Made by a program: the position numbers and the translations under genes. Under the pieces are notes generated by a model. It did no database searches and was not told where the DNA came from. It was given only the letters and a program-made list of their open reading frames with translations. 64,000 nt of DNA. Origin: Ruditapes philippinarum. Taxonomy: Eukaryota. Location of the stretch: positions 62,001 through 126,000 of the forward strand of contig NW_026861320.1 in the NCBI RefSeq assembly GCF_026571515.1, written 5' to 3'. Shown here one piece after another: positions 52,001-64,000 of this stretch (position 1 is the stretch's first letter; each line of letters opens with the position of its first letter).

Positions 52001-55000
52001 AGAAACAGAACAATTTGAGAGAGAAACTGACAAACATGTTAAACATAAAAAACATAAAAAACAAAAGCACAAACATGGTTCAGATCTTGATGAAGAGAGA
52101 GATGAAATAGTTAACGATATGGACATAGATGTAGAAAAGAACGTTGCTGAAAATGATATTGGTGAGGTTGACGAGAAAGTGGATTCTGAAGATGAAGTTG
52201 ATAAAGATGAAGTTGACAAGCGGCCATATGTGGGAACAGAAAAAGAGACAGAGATTGGAGGTTTTACTGTAATTGGAAACGTTCGTCCTGCTAGACTAGA
52301 AAAGGTAATTTTTTATAATTCTGACATTTCTTCATCATTCAACATCTTTGTCATTTAGTGACCTTAATAGGGCAATAATTGATGGTAGTAATATATAGGA
52401 AGGCCTCATAGTATAGTATAAATGCTATATATGCTGATAAATAACAAAATAAACATTGCTTATTTGATATTATTCATGTTGCTGAGAACAATATGAAGGA
52501 AAACCTGGTTGATGTAATCATATACATGTACATGTTACTTTGTACATGTACAGGGATAAGGGATTATTTTTGGCTTATTTTATAGCCCATATTCGGTCAT
52601 ATTCCCAATTAAAAATAGTATATTTTTCCCAATCCACAGGAAAAAATTCCCAATTGAAAGTTAAGAACAAATGATAACAAATTCTAAAATCTTTGAAAAT
52701 AGGGCTTCTCTTCTATTGTAGAGCTTAAATGTTAAATATGCTGTTTTAGACGGTGATTCTTTGCATTCCTGTAATCACTGCAAAATTTAAGTCATGCATT
52801 TTTTCCCAATTTTGGTCATGTTCCCAAATTCTGGAAAAAAAACCCTGATGTAGTGTTACTTTGTACATGTAATGTCAGAAGAATTTGACACTGGAGGACA
52901 ATCAGAAGGGCCCTCATTTTACATTTTTTTATGGTCGAAATTCGGCCTTGTTCTCTGGAATCACATCTCAATTAATATATTAGTTAGACTACTGACAGTG
53001 ATGGAGCCAGATTTGACTGTGAAATATATTCAAATTAGGTTTGTAACAATTATAAATTTCTTAAAATTATGGTTATATTTTTCTTCAGTTTTCTTGTGTA
53101 ACCATTCTAACACGAACCGCATTTTTCTCTATTGAATATAGAAGAAGCGAAAATGCAATGAAATCACTGTTGACATTCTATATTTAGATATGTGACGTAC
53201 ATGTAATCATTATACATGTGACGTCACATACCACTAAAAAATCTGATGAGCAGAAAATAAGTACGGAAACAAATCAGGTGCAATTTTGCTTAATATCAGG
53301 TAGGCAGCATTTATATATTGATGTCGTGCTAGAATCAAAATAATATATCCAAATCAGTGATTTTATCGCTGATGATAACATCACTGTTTGTCGTTTGGAC
53401 GCATCATTACATCACTCGGGCTATGTCTTCATGATATAATTCGTTGCACATGAACTCCAAACAGTGATGTTATTGAGTGATAAAAATCACTGTTTGGGAT
53501 ATGTTCATATATAATTTCTTAAATAATTTATTAATTAACAGGCATGCCTCTAAGTTATAGGCTGAAATGATTTTTGTTTATTTTGTAGGTGAAGCGTGTA
53601 TTACCAGAATGGTTGTCAAGTCCAAGTATTATATCCTCAGATTTGGGCTCAGATAAATTACCTATTTCAGACATGCCAGGCCTAGCACCAGATCTAGTAG
53701 AAAAGCTGAAGGAAAATAAAATTACCCATTTCTTTCCAGGTTTAATACTTTTACTTATTTACACATAATTATATTAATCAGATTTATATATAATTATATC
53801 AATTTTATTGCAGTCAGGACAAGTAAGAGTTAATTGAAATTAAATTAATAGCTTAAAAAGAAAGAAAGAAAGAAAAAACAAAGAAAACAAGAAAAAAAAT
53901 TAACAAAATTAATCATTTGTGATATAAGATGGAAATCAGTTTCCTTTAAATTTATTTAAATGCAGGTTTAAAGATATATAATGCTCAAATTTGATATAAG
54001 ACAATATTGATAATGGCTACAGTGTTTTTGTTAAAATTATAAGAATGAATATGTTTTGACTTCACACATAATACATGTATATGTTTAAAGTTTACACACT
54101 AATTTTAGGAAAATACCAACTTAAAATGATCTGTAATAGAGAGCACAGCTTCACAAACATAGTTTATTCATTCCTTTATCTAAATTAGACATATTCAGTA
54201 AGAATTTATAGTTTTAAGTAAATTTCTTTGACTTAGATATTTTACTAAGAAAGAGTGTAGTATATCTTTAAATATTTGTAAGGATTCAAATATTTCTCAT
54301 GTTTCTTATATTTTGTTTATTTTTCAGTTCAGAGACATGTTATTCCTGCCTTACTGGAGTCCAGCATTACAGGTTTTCATATAGGCAGAGCAGGGTACCG
54401 ACCAAGTGACATCTGTGTATCCGCACCAACAGGAAGCGGAAAAACATTAGCTTTTGTTCTACCAATTATTCAGGTATTTTTTCATCACCAACGCCTTCAT
54501 TTTGTTTTGTTAATTATACATGTAATAGGTAAATAAATAATATGTGATACTTTGTTAGTATCAGTAACTGTTAGACATACGAAAACATATTAGAAAGATA
54601 AATGAAAGTTAAATATGTGATAATATATATGTATAAAAATAAAATGCTCATGGATGTATGAAAGCATGTTACAAATGGTGTAACAGAATGAAAGTGTGAT
54701 AACTGGCTTATTGTTAATATATCCTGTGTAATTATCATGCTACACCGGGTCACAGAAGTTTTACTTTGACACATCAAGAAAAACGTTTTATCGAGGTTTG
54801 ACTCATAGAAGTTCTTCTGTAGATCAAAATGACCCAACATAAGCAGGTCAAGGTGACAGTGGGCTATAGAACTTTGTCTGTTACTAATAATATATTCTTA
54901 TGCTAACCCTCATGACCAGTAAGTTTTATCTTGTTAAGCAACCATGATTGTATCGAAGTATATATGAGCCGCGTCACGACAAAACCAACGTAATGCGTTT

Positions 55001-58000
55001 GCATCCGCGCAGTCTGATCAGGATCCATGCTGTTTGCTTACAAACCCTAGAACAAGTAGAGAAACTGATAGTGAACAGCATGGATCCTGATCAGACTGCG
55101 TGGATGCGCAGGCTGTTCTGGATCCATGCTGGTCGCAAACCCATGATGTTGGTTTTGTCATGACGCGGCTCATATTTTGGTGTAGAGAATTTGGAGCAAA
55201 GTGAACAAACTTTGTTTTGTAAGCTCTGTTTTCTTTTCAAAGCAACCATGTAAAAAGTATATTTTGTTGTAGCCAGTTAAAACAAAGTGAACAAAATTTC
55301 TTATAAATTATTTATGTACAGGGCCTGAGATCAAGAGTAACCTGCGAAGTTCGAGTCCTAGCAGTGTTGCCAGTGAGAGACCTAGCAACCCAGGTATTCA
55401 AAGTCTTCCAGGCCTACTGTGAAGGTACAGATCTGAAGGTATGATTCTGTAAAATGCTGTGTAGGTAAAAAAATTAAGATCTTTTTCCTGATTATCAGGC
55501 GTTTTACAATTTTACATGCTTGCAGTAAATTTTACTCTTTATCTGTATAGAACTTTTGAAAATAAATTTAAGCTACATTTAAGGTTGTTAGGGATGAGGA
55601 TATTAAATCTTCCACTTAGCATAAAGGTGAAATTTCTTTTGTTTGGAATAGCAGGTAGTTTGTCATATATAGTCAGTGTTTTTGGGTTTGTTTTTTTAAG
55701 TGTTTTTTGGGGGAACAGGTCTGTTACTTTTTATTTTAGAAAAAAAAAAAAACTCATGAAATTGGTGAATTTATAAATAATATAGCCAAAATATGGATTT
55801 TCTGGATACTATTTTGAATGCAAAAAATTAAAAAATAATGTTTTAAGTCTTTTCACCCTCATTGTAGCTTCTATAAATAAACATGTTTTTTTTTTCATTA
55901 ACAGGTTGGTTTGATGATTGGTCAGAAGACATTGCTAGCAGAACAACAGTCACTTGTCAAGAAAAGGTTTGTTAGTAGAATTTCATAGAAAAAGAAAATT
56001 TCAATTTTTTAAATATTTTTGGTATATTTTTTTTTTTTAGGTGAGGGGAATGGGGCTCATCTGAACAGATGGGCTTATAAGTTCAAATATAAGAGGGCTT
56101 GGTATTTTAAAGCTTATGTCACATATGTAAAAATAGATCAACAACAGTGATTTTATTTACAGGGACCCGGCACAGTGTTGGGATAGTGTAAAAAGTAATT
56201 CTAGAAAAAATATATACACTATATATAATATATAGACTACATGTTTATACATGTACAATATATATATTATTTTCTAGAATTACTTTTTACTCTACCCCAA
56301 TGTGATTTTATCATATATTTCATACATGTGAACTTTTTTCGATGATCAAAAAGAGGGAGATTTAAGAATTTGCAATAAACAAAGAAGGAAAATCTGATAT
56401 CAGAAATAGGGAGATTTCTTTAATTTTCGAAAATACCCCTTATTCTATGAAAAATCTTTGAAAATATGGCTGCAGAAAGTGGGAGTCTCCCGCTTAAAGT
56501 GGGAGAGTTCACATGTATGATATTTACACACAATTTTGGTCCTTCTATCTTCAATAGGAATGTGTTAGAATATAAACAATCATTTTCAATACCCTATACT
56601 GTAGATGTAATTTTATACTATGGTAATACATTCACATTTGTAGTTGTTTCAGGCGGTGTTATGATCTTTCATATAAGTACATGTATATTTATACAAGAGT
56701 GTTTACTGTATCCTAGGTTACGAGGATATCACAGTATGGTTGATATAATTGTTGCTACGCCTGGCCGTCTTGTTGACCATATTAATCAAACAGAAGGCTT
56801 CAATCTAGGACATCTTCGATACCTGGTTTGTATCTAGATTAACTTTTTTACAATTTAAAGTAACACTTATAGATAAGGCTCCCACGTTTACAATTTTCTG
56901 TAAACGTTTACACGATTGCTAAGAACCTAAACGATACCGTTTAAACGTTGGTACTTCTATGTACTATACTTCACCATGTATTCGAGTCGGCAAATGATGA
57001 CATACTTTCTATTTTTAATACATATACAAATAAATAATGTCCAGGGCTCTTCACATTTGTGTCGGCACACATTTTCTGCATTGTGTCCCAATTTCGCTCT
57101 TTTGAAAGATCAAAGGAAAATCAACTTTACCAAAAATTTATTATTATGCCACAAGCTATTATTGCACGGTGATGCTGTTCGGAGGGTTGTAAACACTCAT
57201 TTTTTCATTTTTACTTTGGAATAAACCAATTGGAATTGATAAAAGCCGTGATTACAGGCAATGATTAAGGTATTCCGTAAGACAATATGGTAATTTCGAT
57301 TAAACGGTAAAAGATATCGTAAACATTTAGGAATGAAAATCGAAACGAATCCGTTTAAACGTTTAACCGTGGGAGCCTTACTTATAGAAAAAGATTACAT
57401 CCCTCTACCCCTGTCCCATGGTTTTTCTCCTGGTTACATGGCAAAAGTAATGTAAATGCGACTAGAACCACAAAGAAAGCTTGAAATAAGTAGAAAATTT
57501 GTTTGTTTTATGTGTAAGATTAAATTATTTTTCACTTGTGAAGACCAGATCGTACATTTTGGCTTATGGCCTCGCGACTCATGAAAATGTTGCGTCTGAT
57601 GTGCACTGAGTGAAAAATGTTTCGATCATGCATGCAAAGCAAACAGATATGGTTTATTTAATGTCAACAACATATGATGATACATTACAGCTCACCATAG
57701 GCTTATTCTATTATACTTTAATTTTACTCAATTAACTTCTGATTTAAATAATATTTCTTGATTTCGGTTAACATGTCTTATTAGTTATCTAAGTATTGCT
57801 GGCTGTATGGGTTTAAACCCGATCAGGGGCAATACGTTGTTTCCTTGAGCATGAAACTGTATATTCATTACTTAGTACTGGTTGGTTCCATGAACAGATT
57901 CCAGAGTGTTCAAATAAGCTTATAGCTTCCAACACAACTGAACTAAAATACGTTCGTATAAATTTAAAATATGAGCCGCGTCCTGATAAAAACAACATAA

Positions 58001-60000
58001 TGGGTCTGCTGACCAGCATGGATCAGACCAGCCTGCGCGTCCGCCGATCTGATCAGGATTCATGCTGCTCGCTATCAGATTCTCTATTTGTTACAGTGTT
58101 TGTAAGCGAACAGCATGGATCCTGATCAGACTGCGCGGATGCACGGGCTGGTCTGGATCCATGCTGGTCGCAAACCCACTATGTTGGTTTTTGACGTGAC
58201 GCGGCTCATTTCTTTGATAAACTCTATATAATCTACAGGTGATAGATGAAGCTGACAGAATGATGGATGAGATAAAACAAGATTGGTTGATCCAGGTAGA
58301 GAACTCCGTGTATAGATGCCGTCCCCGGCCGGGACCTCTTACGGCGTCTTATTGTCAGAGGATGGAAATGCCAGTAATGTTTATACTTATTCTTTCACTT
58401 AAATGTTTTACATAAAGAATGTTGTACCTCAGATTCAGAGGTAAATAAAGACATATGGCAGCACTAATTATTTCATTAATTATAACCTTCACAATTACTT
58501 TTGGGTCGATTTTTTTCGGCTGAAAATATGAGTCAATCGTTTTAACTTTTGACAGCAACATTGTACCGGATGTTTATGAAATTGTGTTAATTCCACCACC
58601 TTACTATACATACGATAACAACCGATGATAGTCTGAACTACAGTAGGTTACCGTTAGACTTTGCAAAGATTCAGACGAAATTTAAAATAAAATAATCACC
58701 GAGTTTACTTTCGGTTACGTTTATGCGACAAAAATGTTGCTTATTGCGTAACCTCAATTTTGCGTGCGTTTTCATACGCTTAAATTTTGTTATGAATGCG
58801 TAAACCTCTTATTTTCATGGGTAATTTGCGCGTATACACATCTTTTCTGGAGCCCTGATATGACACATCAGCAGGGGCTTAGTGTCAGGTGATTTATTTA
58901 TGAACTGGTTTCAGTTCTACAAAGAACCTCGAGAGTGACTAAATGATTAATGCGTCAGAAGAGTCATCTAAGGATTGCTGGCCTCATTTGATCAAATCCT
59001 TTCAGGGGCAAGCCTTTTTTTCCTTTAATAAAAAACTTACACTCATTGTTTAGTACTAGTGAGTTCCAGGAATTGAATGGACAGTGTTACAATAAGTTTA
59101 TAGCTTCCAACAATATTGAATTAAAAATAAAAACATATGAGCTGCGTCATGACAAAACCAACATAATGGGTTTGCGACCAGCATGGATTCAGACCAGCCT
59201 GATCAGGATCCATACTGTTCGCTATCAGTTTCTCTACTTGTTATAGATTTGTAAGCGAACAGCATGGATCCTGATTAGACTGCGCGAATGCGCAGGCTGG
59301 TCTGGATCCATGCTGGTCGCAAACCCATTATGTTGGTTTTGTCATGACGCGGCTCATATTAACTAATGCGCCTCCATCAAATGTACCTGTAAGTAAAAGT
59401 AGTCTTTTGAAAGAGAAAAATGGTGTGTAAAACTTTTTTCAACAATTTTTGTGAAAGTGAATTGGTTAACAATATAAGATTTGTAAAACTATTAATGATT
59501 ATGTTGATAATATTCACCATGTCCGCATGTAATAATGAGTAGAATTTAAGAGAACTCTATGCAGGACAAGTAGAAAAATGTTGTCTACACATTGGATCTA
59601 GAAACTACTTGTCCTGCAGAATGAGTGACTGAAAATATTTGTTCGATGTCTGATTCAGTATCATGCAGTTGTACATAAAAAACAATAATTATTATTAATA
59701 AGTTATTCAGTCTCTGGAAATATTATTACACTTTTATTTCTAAATTACAGTTACAGAAACTTCTATACTCCGCAACTTTGTCACAGAATCCTGAAAAACT
59801 TCAAATGCTGAGTCTGTTCCAGCCAAAGTTGTTTACATCTGTTGTCAAAACTGGAATAAAACCAATACAGTCTAAAACAGTTAACGAAAGACAGGACAGT
59901 GGAGATAAACTGGCAAAGAGATCTGTTGATAAGGAATCGGACAATGATGCTGATTTAGAGAGTGACTCAGACACAAATAATGTTGACAATAAATCTGACG
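43052..60000 (+). CDS. DDX51: DEAD-box RNA helicase DDX51/Dbp6, 5' part (exons 43052-43074, 51589-52304, 53589-53739, 54328-54473, 55322-55438, 55905-55966, 56717-56825, 58239-58373, 59751-60000); continues beyond window; apparent 1-nt frameshift near 51836-51860
   Basis: N-terminus MSLFAVER|YLGDE, then a Lys/Glu-rich region, VKRVLPEWL, Q motif FFPVQ, RPSDICVSAPTGSGKTLAF, VATPGRLVDHI, VIDEADRM and QKLLYSATLSQNPEKL. All junctions are GT-AG and phase-compatible. Confidence 0.92.
45087..48737 (+). mobile_element. Same HINE-like family, ~24 x 145-bp units, in DDX51 intron 1
   Basis: Ends and unit sequence are nearly identical to 2504-4131. Confidence 0.85.
48889..50291 (+). mobile_element. HINE-like element, ~7 x ~167-bp units
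   Basis: TTTTTAGCTCACCTGTCAC..GTGACAGGGTGAGC hairpin, (CCGT)n, unit gtctaccaagtttgttcaaataaaagccctggggtc, and 3' GGGCCATCATGGCCCTCTTGTTT hairpin end. Confidence 0.8.
53104..53500 (-). repeat. Interspersed repeat; inverted copy of 60051-60293 + 61802-61937
   Basis: attctaacacgaaccgcatttttctctattgaatatagaagaa is the reverse complement of ~61893-61936, and gtgataaaaatcactgtttgggatat of ~60055-60080. Confidence 0.7.
54964..55173. mobile_element. Palindromic MITE (family copy 1)
   Basis: TIR ATGAGCCGCGTCACGACAAAACCAAC / GTTGGTTTTGTCATGACGCGGCTCAT. Confidence 0.8.
56874..57380. mobile_element. hAT-type MITE
   Basis: TIR TAAGGCTCCCACG / CGTGGGAGCCTTA; 8-bp TSD CTTATAGA. Confidence 0.85.
57971..58209. 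mobile_element. Palindromic MITE (copy 2), preceded by a SINE-like remnant at ~57800-57960
   Basis: Same TIRs and internal cagcatggatcctgatcagactgcg. Confidence 0.78.
59137..59357. mobile_element. Palindromic MITE (copy 3), preceded by the same SINE-like remnant
   Basis: Same TIRs and internal sequence. Confidence 0.78.
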
Positions 60001-60293
60001 GTAATATATTTAAGAAATAATATCGTTTTTAGCGGTGTTAATTAAGAAATAATATATCCCAAACTGTGATTTTATTGCTCAATAACATCACTGTTTGGAG
60101 TTCAGATGCGGGGAATTATATCACGAGGGCGTAGCCCGAGTGATATAATGATACGCATCCGAACGACAATAAAAGCAATAAAATCACCAATTTGGATATA
60201 TTATTTCGATTCTAACACGACATCAACAAATAAATGCTGACGTACTTGATATTTAGCCAGATGTGTTTCTGTACGTATTGTCAGCGCGTCACA

Positions 60294-61801
60294 TTTTTAG
60301 CTCACCTGAGCATGCTCAGGGTGAGCTTTTAGGATCGATGATTGTCCATCGTCCGTCGTCCGTTCACATTTAGTTGTTAACACTCTAGCGGTCACATTTT
60401 TGCCTCAATCATCATCAAACTTGGTCAGGATGCTTATCTAGTTGATAGCTCGGATGAGTTCGAACATGGGTCATCTCGGATGAAAAAGTAGGTCACCGGA
60501 GCTAAAAATAGAAAAACCTTGTTAACACTCTAGCGGTCACATTTTTGCATCAATCATCATCAAACTTGGTCAAGATGCTTGTCTAGGTGATAGCTCGGAT
60601 GAGTTCGAACATGGGTCATCTCGGATGAAAAACTAGGTCACCGGAGCTAAAAATAGAAAAACCTTGTTAACACTCTAGCGGTCACATTTTTGCATCAATC
60701 ATCATCAAACTTGGTCAGGATGCTTATCTAGTTGATAGCTCGGATGAGTGTGAACATGGGTCATCTCGGATGAAAAAGTAGGTCACCGGAGCTAAAAATA
60801 GAAAAACCTTGTTAACACTCTAGTGGTCACATTTTTGCATCAATCATCATCAAACTTGATCAAGATGCTTGTCTAGGTGATAGCTCGGATGAGTTCGAAC
60901 ATGGGTCATCTCGGATGAAAAACTAGGTCACAGGAGCTAAAAATAGAAAAACCTTGTTAACACTCTAGCGGTCACATTTTTGCATCAATCATCATCAAAC
61001 TTGGTCAGGATGCTTATCTAGTTGATAGCTCGGATGAGTGTGAACATGGGTCATCTCGGATGAAAAAGTAGGTCACCGGAGCTAAAAATAGAAAAACCTT
61101 GTTAACACTCTAGTGGTCACATTTTTGCATCAATCATCATCAAACTTGATCAAGATGCTTGTCTAGGTGATAGCTCGGATGAGTTCGAACATGGGTCATC
61201 TCGGATGAAAAACTAGGTCACAGGAGCTAAAAATAGAAAAACCTTGTTAACACTCTAGTGGCTACTGTTGTAATCCAAATATTTTGTTAATTGGTCTGAA
61301 AGTTTGTTTTGATGATTTCTAAGTCAAGTTCGAACATTGGTCATCTTGGATGAAAAAAACTAGGTCACACTGCCCAAATATGGAAAAACCTTGTTAACAT
61401 TCTAGTGGTCACATTTTCGACTCAATTATCATCAAACTTGGTCAGGATGCTTGTATAGGTAATTGCTTGGATGAGTTCGAAATCGCATGTGGAACTAGGT
61501 CACCGGAGCTAAAAATAGAAAAATCTTGTTAACACTCTAGTTGCTACTGTTTTGATCCAAGTATCCTTGAAATTGGTCTAAAAGTTTGTTTTGATGATTT
61601 CTAGGTCAAGTTTGAATATGTGTCACCTGGGTAAAAAACTAGGTCGCACTGCTCAAATATGGATAATCCTTGTTAACACTGTAGTGGTCACATTTTTGAC
61701 TCACCTGTCATGAGACTTGGTCAGAATGCTTGTCTAGGTAATTGTTTGGATGAGTTTGATAAATCAGGTGAGCGATCTAGGGCCATCATGGCCCTCTTGT
61801 T
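60294..61801 (+). mobile_element. HINE-like element, ~10 x ~145-bp units, nested in another repeat
   Basis: TTTTTAGCTCACCTGAGCATGCTCAGGGTGAGC start, (CGTC)n, unit gttaacactctagcggtcacatttttg, end GGGCCATCATGGCCCTCTTGTT. Confidence 0.8.
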
Positions 61802-62603
61802 AGTGGTTACGTCACGTGTATAATGATTACGTCACATGTCTAAATATAAAACGTCAAGCAGTGATTTTATAGCATAATAACACACACTTTCGGTTCTTCT
61901 ATCTTCAATAGGGAAAAATGCGGGTTGTGTTAGAATCGGCTATTTAACACCAGTTTGGAGTTTTGATGCGTAGGAATTGACCACGAAGGCTGTATACCTG
62001 AGCGGTTAGTTTTTTCGCATCAAAATTACAAAACCGGTGTTAAATAGCCAATAAACACTGACATTATTTCAATTCTAACATGATAAAATAAGGAAGATCA
62101 CTAATGTTATTTTTTTCAAGCGGAAATAACTTCAGGTACCGATTTTTGTATAATGCTGTTCAAATTTCGTACCCTACTGTTGCTAAGATATAGAAATTAT
62201 TAATCAAAAGAAATAATAAGAAAAAAACGTTATTTTATCAAGTTTTCAACAATAAAAACTTACGTCGTATTGTGTTTACATCAGTGCCCCATGAAATAAC
62301 GTCAGCTTGTTTATGAATGAGTTGTTTACTTAGGATGATGTCATTACGCTGCTAATGGGTTTGTCAAAATATTTATTAACTGATATGAATCAAATAAGTG
62401 GCGTTAGTGTATGTGAGATATTATTTCGGTATTGTAAGAAATAAAAACATACACGTAATAAGAACTGAAAATATAAATAAAAATGCTTTTTATGGTTGCT
62501 TTAAAAGGCTTTGTCAACTATATAATAGAGGGTGAAAACATAACAGCCGCATATACAAGTAGTCCCTAACCAGTGTTTATTGGCAGTTTAACACCGTTTT
62601 TTT

Positions 62604-63949
62604 CACAGGCAATCGGTGCGTGGCTTGGATAGTATCTGGGATGTACTATAACGTATCGTATGTTCCAGATAGTATACATGTACATGACCACGCCCACTTA
62701 TTTTTTATAAATATTTTTTTTCCACTAGATCTAATAAAATATTTTTTCATTCAAAATGTTTTAAAAATATCTTATTTTCAATAAATCAACAAAGAAAATT
62801 TATTTTTAAAAATTTTATCCATATATACTATAAATACAGTAAAGGTAGAAAGGTTCACCAGCGGGCCTACCACCAGGCCTTATGTTACCTCCCAGATCTT
62901 TGTTAATTATCAACCAATTTTCACCAAATAAAGTGCAATGTACGCAGACATGATTTCTCTTTCGAAAAATGTACAATATTAGACAAGTTGGTACGACAAA
63001 AGATGGAATTTTAAAGCGAAAATGCACTTTTTATCTAGGTCGGCCATCGCTTGACCGAGCCGAAAGTAGACGATTTTGAACATAAATCGATCTTTTTCTT
63101 CATAACAAACTAATGTCAGTGCATGCAAACAGTTGAAACAGAAAAGGCAACTATAATTCTATCGCTTACCGGTCCAAAGTTAATCCAAAACGTCTGTAGG
63201 TACGCACTTTCGGTAGTTATTTGCACTAACTTTTTAAATTTCCCGACATTGTACTTGTATACAAATCCTGATCCGGATATTCAAAGTACGCATGCTCGGT
63301 TCCCGCTGGTACCCAGCTTCGCTCAATTTTTATTATGCGAAAAGGGGTACGCATCAGGTACATCCGGGTCAGCATTTGTATACATGTAATGTCAGGAAAT
63401 TTAAAACCTACAGACGTTTTGGATTAACATTGGACCGGTAAGCGATAGTTTTATAGCTGCCTTTTCTGTTTCAATTGTTTGCATGCACTGACATTAGTTT
63501 GTGATTAAGAAAAAGATCGATTAATGTTCAAAATCGTCTACTTTCGGCTCGGTCAAGCGATGGCCGACCTAGACAAAAAGTGCATTTTCGCTTTAAAATT
63601 CCATCTTTTGTCGTACCAACTTGTCTATTATTGTACATTTTTCGAAAGAGAAATCATTTCTGCGTAGATTGCACTTTATTTGGTGAAAATTGGTTGATAA
63701 TTAACAAAGATCTGGGAGGTAACATAAGGCCTGGTGGTAGCGAACCTTTCTACCTTTACTATATATATAGTATATATGGATGAATTTTTTAAAAACAAAT
63801 TTCCTTTGTTGATTTATTGAAAATAAGATATTTTAAAAACATTTTAAATGAAAAAATATTTTATAAGTGAAAAAAAAATATTTATAAAAAAATAAGTGGG
63901 CGTGGTCATGTACATGTATACTATCCAAGCCACGCACCGATTGCCTGTG
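62604..63949. mobile_element. Foldback DNA element (~670-bp inverted arms, ~80-bp spacer) with 8-bp TSD
   Basis: Starts CACAGGCAATCGGTGCGTGGCTTGGATAGTAT and ends with its reverse complement. GTTTTTTT lies on both sides (62596-62603, 63950-63957). Confidence 0.88.
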
Positions 63950-64000
63950 GTTTTTTTCCTTCTTTGTCTATAGTGACAAAATCACGTGGAGTGTTAAAAT

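Noticed and set aside
54948-55163. Small ORFs in MITEs (also 57813-58019, 59046-59246)
   Set aside because: Chance frames in palindromic non-autonomous elements.
62815-63783. Two near-identical small ORFs (MHFRFKIPSF...) as duplicated genes
   Set aside because: They are mirror images within the arms of the foldback element.

Overview
AT-rich, intron-containing animal DNA; the repeat families and the Mab-21+TPR gene type point to a bivalve mollusc, probably a venerid clam (inference). Left half (1-39 kb): a tandemly duplicated innate-immune locus of cGAS-like receptors (cGLR, Mab-21 nucleotidyltransferase + C-terminal TPR) on the minus strand. It holds one intact gene (29849-31960), one paralogue whose two lesions both fall just after a complete catalytic domain (7798-9880) and one TPR-only relic (19080-19277). 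The flanks carry repeated IRF/ISRE + NF-kB motif pairs, and a spliced plus-strand ankyrin-repeat gene lies between the copies. Right half: FICD (minus, 2 coding exons) and DDX51 (plus, at least 9 exons, running off the window) are head-to-head with ATGs about 177 bp apart. Their introns are packed with Helentron/HINE-like tandem-repeat elements, MITEs and a 1.35-kb foldback element. The best candidate for a new system is the inducible, rapidly diversifying cGLR cluster with a possible TPR-less enzyme variant. All calls are by eye; no alignments or database searches were run.
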